In this document: positions 13,642 through 23,525 of the stretch, piece after piece
Numbering within the stretch: the stretch's first letter is position 1
Layout of the letters: every line of letters starts with the position of its first letter
DNA from: Phycisphaerales bacterium
Lineage (GTDB): Bacteria > Planctomycetota > Phycisphaerae > UBA1845
Assembly (NCBI GenBank): GCA_003597935.1
Contig: QZJT01000039.1
Coordinates: 8,336 to 72,335 of the forward strand
Reading direction: 5' to 3'
Length of the DNA: 64,000 bases
Program-made: the position numbers and the translations under genes
The notes under the pieces: model-generated
Told to the model about the DNA's origin: nothing
What the model saw: only the letters and a program-made list of their open reading frames with translations
Databases searched by the model: none

Positions 13642-14838
13642 ATGGCGAGCGGCAGGCTGTGGGCGGCGAGGCCGGTGTTGTGGGCGGTGGCGGTGGCCCT
13701 GCTGGCGGGCCGGGCGGCGTACGGCGAAGTGACTCTGCTGTGGCCGAACGGCGCAGAGGTGCTCCAGGCCGGGTCGGAAGTCGAAATCCGCTGGGTGCTC
13801 GATGTCCCGCGTCCCCAGCACGACTGGGACCTGTGGTATTCACTTACCGGGCCGGCCGGGCCGTGGATCGAGGTCGTCATGGACCTCCCGAGCGGCAGTC
13901 CCGAGCCGGGCAGCGTCCACACCTTCCGTTGGACCGTTCCTGACACGGCTTCGAGCCACGTCCGAGTGCGGGTGCGGCAGGACCTGACCGCTTATGGTGA
14001 CCTCTACGACATCAGCGACGCCGACCTGCGCCTCCGACCCGCCCCGGTCGTCGGCGACGTGGACGACGATTATGACGTGGACCTGGACGACTATCGCCTG
14101 GCCGCAGCCTGTATGGCCGGCCCGGGAGTCAAGGCCCCTCCGCAGGGCTGTACGCCGACCGAGTTCGAAGCTGCGGACGGCGACGGCGACCGCGACGTGG
14201 ACCTGGCCGATCTGTCGCGCCTGTTCGCAGGATTCACCGGCCCGCCGGCCGACGTGGCGGTCTACTTGCTGACCTTCGACTCCACCTGGAGCCGGGAGAC
14301 GCACCCGATCGACTTCCCGGCCAATCCGCATTTTTCCGGCTTGATCGGCGGGACGCATCACGATGCGGCCGTGTTCTGGCGGGAGGGCGAACGGGCCAGC
14401 CTGGGCATCAAAAACATGGCGGAACTGGGATCGAAGACCGCTCTGACGCGGGAGGTGGAGGCTCAAATCGTCCTGGGGCGCGCCTTGGAGGTCGTCTCCG
14501 GCCCGGGCATCAGCCGTTCGCCCGGACGGGCGTCGGTGGCGCTGAACGTCACGCAGGAGTTTCCGCTGGCCACGGTCGTCTCGATGATCGCACCCAGTCC
14601 GGACTGGTTCGTGGGCGTTGCGGGTTTTCCGCTGTTCCAGGACAACCGCTGGCTGGAAGAGATCGCCATTCCCCTTCAGCCCTACGACGCCGGCACCGAC
14701 AGCGGCGTCACGTACTCGTCGCCCAACCAGGTGACCGATCCGCCCGAGCCGATCTACGAGATCTTCACCGTCCCCTTCGCCGACGACGGCACCGTCCCGC
14801 CGCTGGGGACGTTCCGCTTCACGCGGCAGCCGGAGTGA
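13642..14838 (+). CDS. Secreted protein: Ig-like domain + dockerin-like EF-hand pair + Spondin_N domain
   Basis: Signal peptide and PNGAE Ig-like start. Ca-loops GDVDDDYDVDLDDY and ADGDGDRDVDLADL. Spondin motifs HFSGLIGGTH, SMIAPSPDWFVG and YDAGTDSG. Confidence 0.8.
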   Translation: MASGRLWAARPVLWAVAVALLAGRAAYGEVTLLWPNGAEVLQAGSEVEIRWVLDVPRPQHDWDLWYSLTGPAGPWIEVVMDLPSGSPEPGSVHTFRWTVPDTASSHVRVRVRQDLTAYGDLYDISDADLRLRPAPVVGDVDDDYDVDLDDYRLAAACMAGPGVKAPPQGCTPTEFEAADGDGDRDVDLADLSRLFAGFTGPPADVAVYLLTFDSTWSRETHPIDFPANPHFSGLIGGTHHDAAVFWREGERASLGIKNMAELGSKTALTREVEAQIVLGRALEVVSGPGISRSPGRASVALNVTQEFPLATVVSMIAPSPDWFVGVAGFPLFQDNRWLEEIAIPLQPYDAGTDSGVTYSSPNQVTDPPEPIYEIFTVPFADDGTVPPLGTFRFTRQPE

Positions 14839-14968
14839 GTGAGGCCGCGTTCGAACCGCACCCGCCCGCGAGGGGAGGGCCGGGAACCGCCGCCGCGGTC
14901 ACTGAACCGTACCTCGCCCACTGCACCGGACGCGGCCAAATCCGTCCGCGAGTCCCGCAATGCCCGCG

Positions 14969-16534
14969 CTATTCGCACTTCGAGCGCCGGCAGGTCTCGG
15001 GGCAGCCGGAGGCGCAGATCTCGCTGCCGTCCGGCGGGCGGTCCCATTTGGCTTTGGCCTTCCCTCGCCTGACGGGGGCGGACTTGGGGCGGTCGGCGTC
15101 GCTGGAGAAGATCACCGTTCCGCCGTCGGGCAGGCGGGTGGGCAGCGTCGCTTTCAGCTTGCTCTGGCCAGGGCACTTGAGCCTGACCGGCTCGACGTCG
15201 GAGCAGATCGACTCGTATGCCCCCATGTCCACCACGTCGTTGAGGATCCGCGGGTTGCCATCCAGGTCGTGGGGCGAGGTCACGGCCGCGTTGTCGCCGG
15301 CGTCGATGCAGGGCGAGCCGGCCTCCATGCGGAAGTCGCCCTTGTCGAAGTCGATGAAGCGCGGGTCGAGGCCGTGGTTGCCGACCCCGCCATAGCTGCC
15401 CGTCCAGCCCTGGACGCACGAATGGTTGATCACGGCGCTCGTGGTCGATCGCTGCTGCCGTTGCACGTCGCCCCGCGGACTGCGATTACCCCAGAAGACG
15501 CAATTGACGATGGTTGGCTTTGGGATGCTTGATACGCCGCCGCCGAAGAAGTTCCTCACCCAATTGTCGGCGAATGTACAATTGGTAAGCGTCAACGATC
15601 CGGCCCACTGAAAAAACGCGCCGCCGTAGTCGCCACAGCGGTTCCCGCGAAAGACACAATTCACGTATACCGATGTGCCCAACGAGAATACAGCGCCACC
15701 TTCGGACTGGCTGTGATTGCTGACGAACACGCAGTCGACCGCCGTGGTGGCGCTTCCGTGGCTGTCAAATATCGCGCCGCCCTCGTGTCCAGTGTTTCTA
15801 TTGGACTCGATAATTGTCTCACGGATTGTCAGCTTGCTATTGTTATTGTGAACGGCGCGGTTTTCGTTGTCTGAAAGGGTGGAATAAGATATGTCAATCA
15901 TGCTCTCTTCGTTCCACAAGCCACCGCCGCCAAGCGCCATATTGCGCGTGACCGTGCATTGTCTAATTCGAAGCACGCTGCGTACCGCATAGATGCCGCC
16001 GCCACGACCTAGTTCCTCTGGGCGATCGTTCTGGGCATCGGTGATCCACAAGCCGTCGACGGACACACCATCGGTTGCGTCAATCAACGTCACAACGTGG
16101 TACACGTTGTCATCAATCTGCTTCGACACTCCGATGTCCCCACTCAGGATCGTCGGGAATCGCACAGGATCTCGGTCGCTCCTCTGCATCTCATCGCCTG
16201 AGAATCCGCCGAAGATCTCCAAGCCGTCTGGTAAGGTGAACGTCGCCTTCCGATCGAGTGAATCGGTCGGCAAGTAAATGCCGCGTGAGATCCAAACCTC
16301 GTCCGACGGGCTAACCCGTGCCAGTGCCGTCTGTAGCTTCCGGTAGGCGTCAGCCCAGGAAGTTCCGGTGTCACGACCTGTCGCATCCCACTTAACATAC
16401 ACGACATCTGCGCGAACAGATGAGGTCATGCTTGAGCAGACAAGCAGTGCAATCGTGACCTGCATAGCGGTTGCTCGTGACAGTGCCCGCCTAGGCACTC
16501 CGGGCAGCCAACTCTGTGAAGTCCTATCCCTCAT
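14969..16534 (-). CDS. Secreted right-handed beta-helix protein (choice-of-anchor Q type) ending in CTD-B module
   Basis: GTSWADAY, TILSGDIG, GGA-x-F/FxxN repeats and SPCIDAGDN...DMGAYE. The start is 16534 or 16465. Confidence 0.78.
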   Translation of the reverse strand: MRDRTSQSWLPGVPRRALSRATAMQVTIALLVCSSMTSSVRADVVYVKWDATGRDTGTSWADAYRKLQTALARVSPSDEVWISRGIYLPTDSLDRKATFTLPDGLEIFGGFSGDEMQRSDRDPVRFPTILSGDIGVSKQIDDNVYHVVTLIDATDGVSVDGLWITDAQNDRPEELGRGGGIYAVRSVLRIRQCTVTRNMALGGGGLWNEESMIDISYSTLSDNENRAVHNNNSKLTIRETIIESNRNTGHEGGAIFDSHGSATTAVDCVFVSNHSQSEGGAVFSLGTSVYVNCVFRGNRCGDYGGAFFQWAGSLTLTNCTFADNWVRNFFGGGVSSIPKPTIVNCVFWGNRSPRGDVQRQQRSTTSAVINHSCVQGWTGSYGGVGNHGLDPRFIDFDKGDFRMEAGSPCIDAGDNAAVTSPHDLDGNPRILNDVVDMGAYESICSDVEPVRLKCPGQSKLKATLPTRLPDGGTVIFSSDADRPKSAPVRRGKAKAKWDRPPDGSEICASGCPETCRRSKCE

Positions 16535-19380
16535 CTGGCGTCTCCTCGGCTCCCATGTCGATATCCTCGTCGAGGTCGTCCAGGTCGACACAACGCGTGT
16601 CGCCGTCCACGTCAGTCTGATTGAGACAGATGGGTTCACCGATTTCGCCTTCGCCCCTGTCAATCGACCGAGATACGCAGTTGCCCCCGCCGCAGCTCGT
16701 CGGCAGCAACCAGTATTCATCGCCATCAGCGTCAGCATACAACGGATCGTTGCCCGTATTTCCCTCGCCCGCCAAGCCGTCCAAGTGGTGAACACAGCAG
16801 TACGTCGCCGTCACCGTAATGCCGCTGCCCGTGTAGTAGATCTGGTCTTCCTCGACATCGTGATTGCCGTCCGACTTGTTTTTCCACAGGATCGTGTTGT
16901 AGAGGGTCGTCGAGCTGGAGTAGGGCTTGAGGTAGATGCCGCCGCCGCTGTCGGCGGCGCCGCTGCGGTTGAGCCCGAAGGTGCAGTTCTCGACGTACAG
17001 CGGCCGCTCCGACCAGATCGCCCCGCCTTCGCCGCCGCTGCTGTCGTCGTCGGCCTCGTTGCGGTAGAACAAACAGTTGTAGAACTGCGGCGGCTGAAAC
17101 GTGTTGGTGTGGACGCTGACAGCCCCGCCGCGCTTCTGAACCGTGTTGGAAGCGAAGGTGCAGCGGCGGAAAGTCGCGTCGTCGGCGTCGGGGTTGTTGT
17201 AGCCGGGCGAGAGCGACACCGCCCCGCCGCCGCAGTCGTCGCAGGTGCCCGTCACCTCGTTGCTGGTGAAGCGGCAGGCGAGCAGCTGCGCCCGAGCCCG
17301 GGCCAGCAGCAGCGCCCCGCCGTTGTGTACCGCCGTGTTGTCCTCGAATACGCAGTTCGAGAACCGGGTAGCGTCGCCGTCCCCGTAGAGGTCGGCCAGA
17401 ATGTAGGCGGCACCGCCGCGCCAGGAGGCGGAGTTGTCGGTAAAGCGGCAACTCTCGATCTGCAACTCGCCTTCCGTCGAGTACAGCCCCCCGCCGAGGG
17501 CGAGGGGGTGTTCGACCTGGCTGTTGTAGTCGGCCCGGCCGAGCGTGATCGTAAACCCGTCAAGGGCGGTGGCGGTCGTGACGTCGTCGCCGGCCGTCAC
17601 GACGTGATAGCTGTTGTCGCTGGGGCCGGCGCCGCCGATGTTCCCGCTGAAGACGGTCTCGTAGAGCGCAACGTCGCGTGCATCGGGGACGGTGCCCTGC
17701 ACACCCGCGTAGCCGCCGTAGACGGACGCGCCGTCGACCATCGCAAACGAGATCTGCCGGTCCTGATCCGAGCAGGAGGTGCATGGGGACGGCTTGTAGG
17801 TCCCCTGGCCGACGCGGATCTCACAGATCGAGCCGGTGTTGCGGGCGTCTTCGAGGGCTTCCTGCAAGTCATCGTAGGCGTCTTCCCAGCTTGAGCCGTC
17901 GTCGTCACCGGTGGCCGCGGCGTCTACATAGACGATGCTGCCCCCCTGGAACTCATAGGAACCCAGGTCGATGACGGGCGAGCTTCCCGCGCCGGTATCG
18001 GGGATGCAGTGTACGTCGCGCTTGCGCGAGTTGCCGTCCAGGTCGTAGCTCTCATTGTTCGCCGCGTTGTTGCCGGCGTCGATGCAGAAGGAGCTGCGCA
18101 GCAAATGGTAATCGTCGCTGCCGGGATCCGCGAACATCGGATCGACGCCGAGGTTGTGGTCGCCGGCGCTTTCGCAGTAACCGCCGCCGGCCGACAGACA
18201 CCCTTCGATGTCGGAATACTGCATCGAGAGCGTTCCGTAACCGTTGACGCGGATCACCTGCCGAAGTTCCCTGGCGTTTGTGGTGCCGTCGGCGTTGCCC
18301 CAGAAGATGCAGTTGTCGATGTCCACGTCCGGGCCATCGTATTCGAGGATGTAAACGTTGTCGATCAGGATCCCGCCACCGACGCCGTCCTCGTCATCCT
18401 CGGTCCGATTACTGGCGAACGTGCAGTTGATGATGGAAACGTCCTCGCCGTTGCGGGCGGCCAGAAGCATCGCGCCGCCGCCCCCCGGGTAGTTGACGTT
18501 GTCGGTCGTCTGGTTGTCGTAGAAGAGGCAGTTGATGAAGGTCGCATAAGAATCGCCCACAGTCACGGCCCCGCCCCAGCGCGATGCGGTATTATCGTGA
18601 AAAACGCAGTTCTTGATGGTCGGTCCGCTCTGGTCCGAATCGCAGCAGGCGTAAAGCGCGCCGCCATGTGCTTCATTCGTGCCCTGCACGGCGTTGTCAT
18701 GAAACGTGCAGCGTTCGATCAGGGACGGCGCTCGAACGTGAACGCCAGCCGACGACCCACCCGCCCGGTTATAACGAAACGTGCAGTTGCGGATGGTCGG
18801 CGCGTCGTCAGCCGGCGTCCCGCTGCATGCTTGCTCCCCTGCGCCGCCGCAGGACACGTACCCCGCGCCGGCGCCGTTGTAGCCGAAATCGGTCGCGGAG
18901 GCATTTCCATCTTGGATGACAAACCCGTCCAGCGCGCCCGTGGCTCCGTCGTTGGCGCCTGCGCCGAGGACGACGTGGTAGCTGTTGTCGTCCGGATCCT
19001 GCGCCGTGCCGACGTCGCCGCTGAGGATGGTCACGTACGTGTCGATGTCGCGAAGGTCCGGGTTCTGCGCCCCATAGCCGGCGTAGCCGCCCTCCAGCGT
19101 GACGCCGGCCTTCAGGTGGAACGTCTCGCTGCGGTCATCCGGCGTGTGGCCAGCGCCGTCATCGGGATAGTAGGCGCCCTGCCCCACCTTGATCGTGTCG
19201 CCCGAGCCGGCCGCGCCGAGCGCATCCTGTAGATACCGATACGGTTGCTGCCAACTGCCCCCGCAGCCCTGCGTACACCCGGAGCCGTCATCCACGTAGA
19301 TGGTGTCCGCCAAGGCGGGCGCCGTCACACACACACACACACACACAGATTTGCAGCGTTTTCGCGATCGCGTGCCTCAT
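16524..19380 (-). CDS. Large secreted tandem beta-helix protein, frameshifted in its signal peptide at a (TG)11 tract (open frame 16524-19346)
   Basis: Two beta-helix modules (YVD...GSSW...LQDAL; CIDAG). ATG at 19380 with a G-rich SD-like stretch reads MRHAIAKTLQI into the TG tract but is out of frame with TAPALA-DTIYVDD. Confidence 0.75.
19326..19347. repeat. (CA)11/(TG)11 dinucleotide microsatellite
   Basis: 22-nt perfect dinucleotide tract; no comparable tract was noticed elsewhere in the window. Confidence 0.95.
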
Positions 19381-19555
19381 ACCCGATCCCCCGAAAGAAG
19401 GCGCCCCGGCCGCCGGGCGGGCGCCAACCTGCCCCTTCGCGGTCGAGCGGTCGGATTGTACGGCAGTGACGCGTTCGGTCAAGGAGAATCTCGCGGCGCG
19501 CGACAAGCTGGGGTCGTGACAGAATCGGCGGGCCTGCGAAACCGGTCCGCGGTGA

Positions 19556-19632
19556 GTGTGGCACCTGTGGCACCGGCATGTTGCCCGTGGCCGCCGCGTG
19601 AGCCGCGGCTTCCATGGCCTGCAAGGCCGTGC
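19556..19632. repeat. REP-like element, GTGGCAC family (also about 32957-33023, 34130-34257, 51994-52117)
   Basis: Shared TGGCAC[CG]GGCATxxTGCC...GGCCTG[GC]AAG[GA]CC[GA]TGC core. Confidence 0.65.
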
Positions 19633-19770
19633 TCTCCGGCAGGAAGTGGCGTTTGATCGCGGACGCCGCATCAGGCCACGTCCGCCGCACCCGTTTTCCC
19701 GTATAGCCTCAAGCGCTCGCGCCCGCGCCCATTCCCTCAGTGTCCGGCACGCTCGGTTCCTTCTTCCATC

Positions 19771-20148
19771 TCATTTATCCTGCCGGAACTCCACGCCGAT
19801 GATGAAGCCGCCTACCGTTTCCGTACACTGCCGGACGCGCCCCTCGACGTGCTCCTCACCGTCGTCGACGAAGAGGCGGATCATGGTGCCCGGCTCGACG
19901 GGCTGGTTGCACCACACGCCGATGCCGCCCTCGCTGATGTCGCGCGAAGTCACGAAGAGGCTCGTCTGGCGCTGGCCGGTGGTAAGCGTCTCGATCATCA
20001 CCGGCACCTGCCATTTGATGCGTGGCCAGCGACGCTTCCCCGAATAGACGTCGGACGCGCCGTCCAGTTCGGCGTCGGCGACCCAGCCGCGGATAATGGC
20101 GGCAGCGTCAGTTTCGCGGGTTGGCACAGGTGTCTTGTTCACGAGCAT
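19771..20148 (-). CDS. PilZ domain protein
   Basis: RRWPR (RxxxR) and DISEGG (DxSxxG) c-di-GMP motifs, ending GVEF. Confidence 0.85.
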   Translation of the reverse strand: MLVNKTPVPTRETDAAAIIRGWVADAELDGASDVYSGKRRWPRIKWQVPVMIETLTTGQRQTSLFVTSRDISEGGIGVWCNQPVEPGTMIRLFVDDGEEHVEGRVRQCTETVGGFIIGVEFRQDK

Positions 20149-20396
20149 ACTCCGTGATTCCTGACGGACGCGGGCCTGGCGCCGGCCGAGCGGGCCGAGC
20201 CACGGCAAGCCTCCACGACGGCGTCATCACCGTCTTGGAGAGGCTGCGGATGAGTTCGGCGGCCGGACGGGCGACCGATCCGTCTACGGTCGGCCCAGGC
20301 GCCATCCGCCTCCGACACGTTCACCTTTCTGTCGGAAGCATACGGAAGCACCGTAATGACACGCGGGCTATCGGAACCAGGAGCGAGGGGTAGGTC

Positions 20397-20477
20397 GTCC
20401 ATGCAGTCCATTAAGTCCATCCAGTCCGTCCAGTCCATTACGTCCATTCAGTCCATTAAGTCCATCCAGTCCATCAT
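20397..20477. repeat. 9-bp tandem repeat (GTCCATnnn)x9
   Basis: Nine consecutive units read directly; the same unit occurs five times at 59036-59080. Confidence 0.92.
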
Positions 20478-20732
20478 CGGGACCAAGAGCGCGAAGCAGG
20501 TCGGCGGGCGCACCTGTTGGATCGGCTCCGCCGGACATGAGCCCCCGAGCGATACCAGTTATCGGGCGATTCAACGCCGCCGCCCGTGACTCGCCGAGTA
20601 CGTGTCGGCGCGGGTCGGGCACCGACAGCGTCTGCGATCGAGCAGCTCGGTGATCGGCAACCGGTGGTGGCCTGTGCCAAGCCAGTGGCGCGAATCCCTA
20701 CCAGTCTTTCCGCCGCATCCCCGCTGACAGCG

Positions 20733-21572
20733 CTATGGTGGAAACGCTCCGATCCAGACGGCGTTCGCTATGGCCTCAGCGGCGGGGCGCAGCCAGAGCG
20801 CCATCGCGCCCAGAAAGACCAGCCCCAAGACGCGCAAGCCGACGCCCGGGGCAGCACCCACGACCCGCAGCGCCGTCCATCCTGCCGGAAGGACGACCAG
20901 CCCACCGACGCTCGCCGAGAGCGGGAATGACACCACCACCGCTGGTGAGAGCAGCGCCGCAACGAAGGGAACCAGGCACCACCACCCGGCGATGCGGGCG
21001 CCCGGCAGCAAGTCGCAACGCCGCGCCAGCGCAAGCCCCGCCAGAAGCGCGGCCGGCAGCACAATGGCGATGACGTCCTGAGCTTGTCGCCAGAGGGTGG
21101 GATACGACGGGCGTTCGTTCTCGGTCCCACTCCAGGGCGACGCGGTCCAGCCCCACGCGAGCAACACGGGCAACGCGAGCGCCGCGGCGACCGCGGGCAC
21201 GCGCTTCGTTTCCGCCCTTCGGAAGGCAAGGTAGATCAGGATACTCCCGCACGCGGCCGTCAGCGCATCGGCGAAGCCCGCACCGGTCAGCGCCGCCAGC
21301 CCGCCCAGCACCAGGCCGACGGTCAGAGCGCACAACACACGTTGCCGCGACGCACATGCAAGCGCGTGCGTCAAGACGATCGCGCCTGCGGCCAGAGCAG
21401 CGCCGACCGACGCCACGATCAGCCATCCCGCACCCCCGGGCGTCCGCGGGTCAGTGGCAAGATCGAAGCGATGACGCCCCCAGCACGCCACGAGCACGCA
21501 GCCCGATGCCCCGGCCGCGGCGAGCCAGTCGCCCAATCGAAGTGCGGCGGTGGTTTTCGGCAAATGGGTCAT
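20733..21572 (-). CDS. Hypothetical polytopic membrane protein
   Basis: ATGA overlap with the upstream gene's stop and multiple hydrophobic segments. Confidence 0.6.
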   Translation of the reverse strand: MTHLPKTTAALRLGDWLAAAGASGCVLVACWGRHRFDLATDPRTPGGAGWLIVASVGAALAAGAIVLTHALACASRQRVLCALTVGLVLGGLAALTGAGFADALTAACGSILIYLAFRRAETKRVPAVAAALALPVLLAWGWTASPWSGTENERPSYPTLWRQAQDVIAIVLPAALLAGLALARRCDLLPGARIAGWWCLVPFVAALLSPAVVVSFPLSASVGGLVVLPAGWTALRVVGAAPGVGLRVLGLVFLGAMALWLRPAAEAIANAVWIGAFPP

Positions 21573-23059
21573 TCCCCGGGCCACCTTCCGTCGTTGCGTC
21601 CCAGGCTGCCGTTCTCCCAGCGTACTACTTGCTCGAAATGGCGCTGATCGGCGGCGGGGTCGAACTGCCGCAGCCGCGTCCAGGCGACCGGGTACAGCTC
21701 GTTGAACGCCGGACGCATGACGGCCAGTGACCACAGCACGGCCGCGGCCAGGATCGTCATTCGCACGCACCCGGCGGCGCTATCGGCGTGCAGCTCGGCC
21801 GGCAAGTCCGCGCGGGCTGAAGCCCGCGGCTCGCCGCTGGCGCCTGATCGCGCGCTGGGATCACGCAAGCCAGCCGGCGTCGCGAGCGTGTCGATCAACG
21901 CTCTCCAGAAATACCCCGACGCCATCACGATCGGCAGGAACGAGAGGACGTAATAGTGATACGAACGGCGCGGGAGTTGAACGAGCAGAATGCACTCGAT
22001 GATCTGCCAGAGGAGCAGGAACGACATCGCGGCCGGAAGAATGCCGTGCCGGAGCGTGTGATCCGCCGCCCCGTCGACGTCGAGGCCGGTCGGGCTTGCT
22101 GCGGCAGACGGGCTGACGCGCGCGGTTCGCCACGGGAGCACCAGCGGCGTCAGCGCCAGCCACATGAGCGGCGCCCACAGCGGCTTGACGTCGCGCCAGG
22201 TGTCGGGCCATCCGGTCTCGCGCTCCAGCATCATCGCCGCCTGCACCGTCATGTCGTGCCACGCCTGTCGCCACGTACCCTGAATCGTCAGCATCAGCGC
22301 GAATGGCAACAGGGCCAGCGCCACGCCGAACGACACGCTCACGCCATCCACGATGGCCAGGCGGAACTGGCGCCGCAACGAGCGGCGGAGCACGACGTGA
22401 CCCAGCACGGCCGCGGCGATCGGGATCGCCGTCTGCTTGGCCGCCAGATTGATGCCGATGCAGGCGCCGCAACCGATGAGGGTCCATCGCGAGCGACGTT
22501 CGGCGTCCCGCACACCTGACGACTCTGCTGCCGGCGCGACCTGCCGCGTGCCGCCCAGCGAATGGACGTAGAGCAGCGCCGCCCCCGCCTGCGGCAGCAC
22601 CAGATAGCTCTCCGCCAGTGCGAACCCCTCGCCGGTGAAGTCGAGGGCGGAGAAGTAGTTGATGGCCAGCACCGCGGCGGACGCCGTCATCAGCGCCGGC
22701 CACGGCCCGTACAGCGTCCGTGCGAACCGGTAGATGACCACGTACCCTAACACCATCAGCAGCGATTCCATCGGGATCAGCGACGTCCGCGCCGCGGGCA
22801 GCACGAGGTAGGGCAATGTGTTGACCACCATGATGGCGGGCGGCTTGTCGATGCTCATGTCGCGATAGAGGACGTCACCGTGGACCATGCGGTAGGAGAA
22901 GGCCGCGGACGTGTAGCTGTCGGTGCGGATGTCGCTGCAATAACAGGCGATCCGCCCCACCACGTGGGTCAGCACTATCGCCGCCAGGGCCGACGCGACA
23001 ACCCAGGACGGCGGCCTGGTCCAGTCGGCGTGCGTGGGGCCATTCACGTGCGTGACCAT
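21569..23059 (-). CDS. ArnT/GT39-like (GT-C fold) membrane glycosyltransferase
   Basis: LYRDMSIDKPP loop, E in LAESY, AKQ motif, YHYY, many TM helices. Confidence 0.7.
   Translation of the reverse strand: MVTHVNGPTHADWTRPPSWVVASALAAIVLTHVVGRIACYCSDIRTDSYTSAAFSYRMVHGDVLYRDMSIDKPPAIMVVNTLPYLVLPAARTSLIPMESLLMVLGYVVIYRFARTLYGPWPALMTASAAVLAINYFSALDFTGEGFALAESYLVLPQAGAALLYVHSLGGTRQVAPAAESSGVRDAERRSRWTLIGCGACIGINLAAKQTAIPIAAAVLGHVVLRRSLRRQFRLAIVDGVSVSFGVALALLPFALMLTIQGTWRQAWHDMTVQAAMMLERETGWPDTWRDVKPLWAPLMWLALTPLVLPWRTARVSPSAAASPTGLDVDGAADHTLRHGILPAAMSFLLLWQIIECILLVQLPRRSYHYYVLSFLPIVMASGYFWRALIDTLATPAGLRDPSARSGASGEPRASARADLPAELHADSAAGCVRMTILAAAVLWSLAVMRPAFNELYPVAWTRLRQFDPAADQRHFEQVVRWENGSLGRNDGRWPGE
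21806..21835. repeat. REP-like palindrome GCGCGGGCTGAAGCCCGCGGCTCGC (copies at about 6938, 21806, 25583, 30250, 39917, 55855)
   Basis: Six near-identical copies in both orientations; this copy lies within a CDS. Confidence 0.85.
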
Positions 23060-23067
23060 CTTTCCCG

Positions 23068-23225
23068 ATCCGAACCCCGACCGTATCCGAACCCCGACCG
23101 TAAGGGAGGGGCCGCCGCGCCCATCCGAACCCCGCCGTAAGGGAGGGACCGCCGCGCCCATCCGAACCCCGCCGTAAGGGAGGGACCGCCGCGCCCATCC
23201 GAACCCCGACCGTAAGGGAGGGGCC
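23068..23225. repeat. 37-38 bp tandem repeat ATCCGAACCCCG(A)CCGTAAGGGAGGG..CCGCCGCGCCC
   Basis: Three full and two partial head-to-tail units with no unique spacers. Confidence 0.9.
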
Positions 23226-23525
23226 GACCGCCCGGAACGCATACCATGACGGAACTGCAACCGAAAGCCGGGAGCCGCGCCATTACGGGCGCCGTTCGGA
23301 TGGCGTCACGCAGGCAACAGCCGCGGCCGGGACGAGTTCCCGGCCGCGGCCTCGGACCCACCCACGTCAGGGTTGACGCGGTGTCGCAGGAGTTCACCGT
23401 CGGTCGCGCTGCCCACGCCGCATCCTCACTCCGAACACACCCAGTCGGGCTTCACGCCGGCTCGGACCGACCGATGCGACGCGGACGCCCCCCTCGCCGC
23501 CGAGGGAAGCAGTTCGTGTCATGGC

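Noticed and set aside
23068-23225. 37-bp repeats as a CRISPR array
   Set aside because: Units are head-to-tail with no unique spacers, and no cas genes are in the window.
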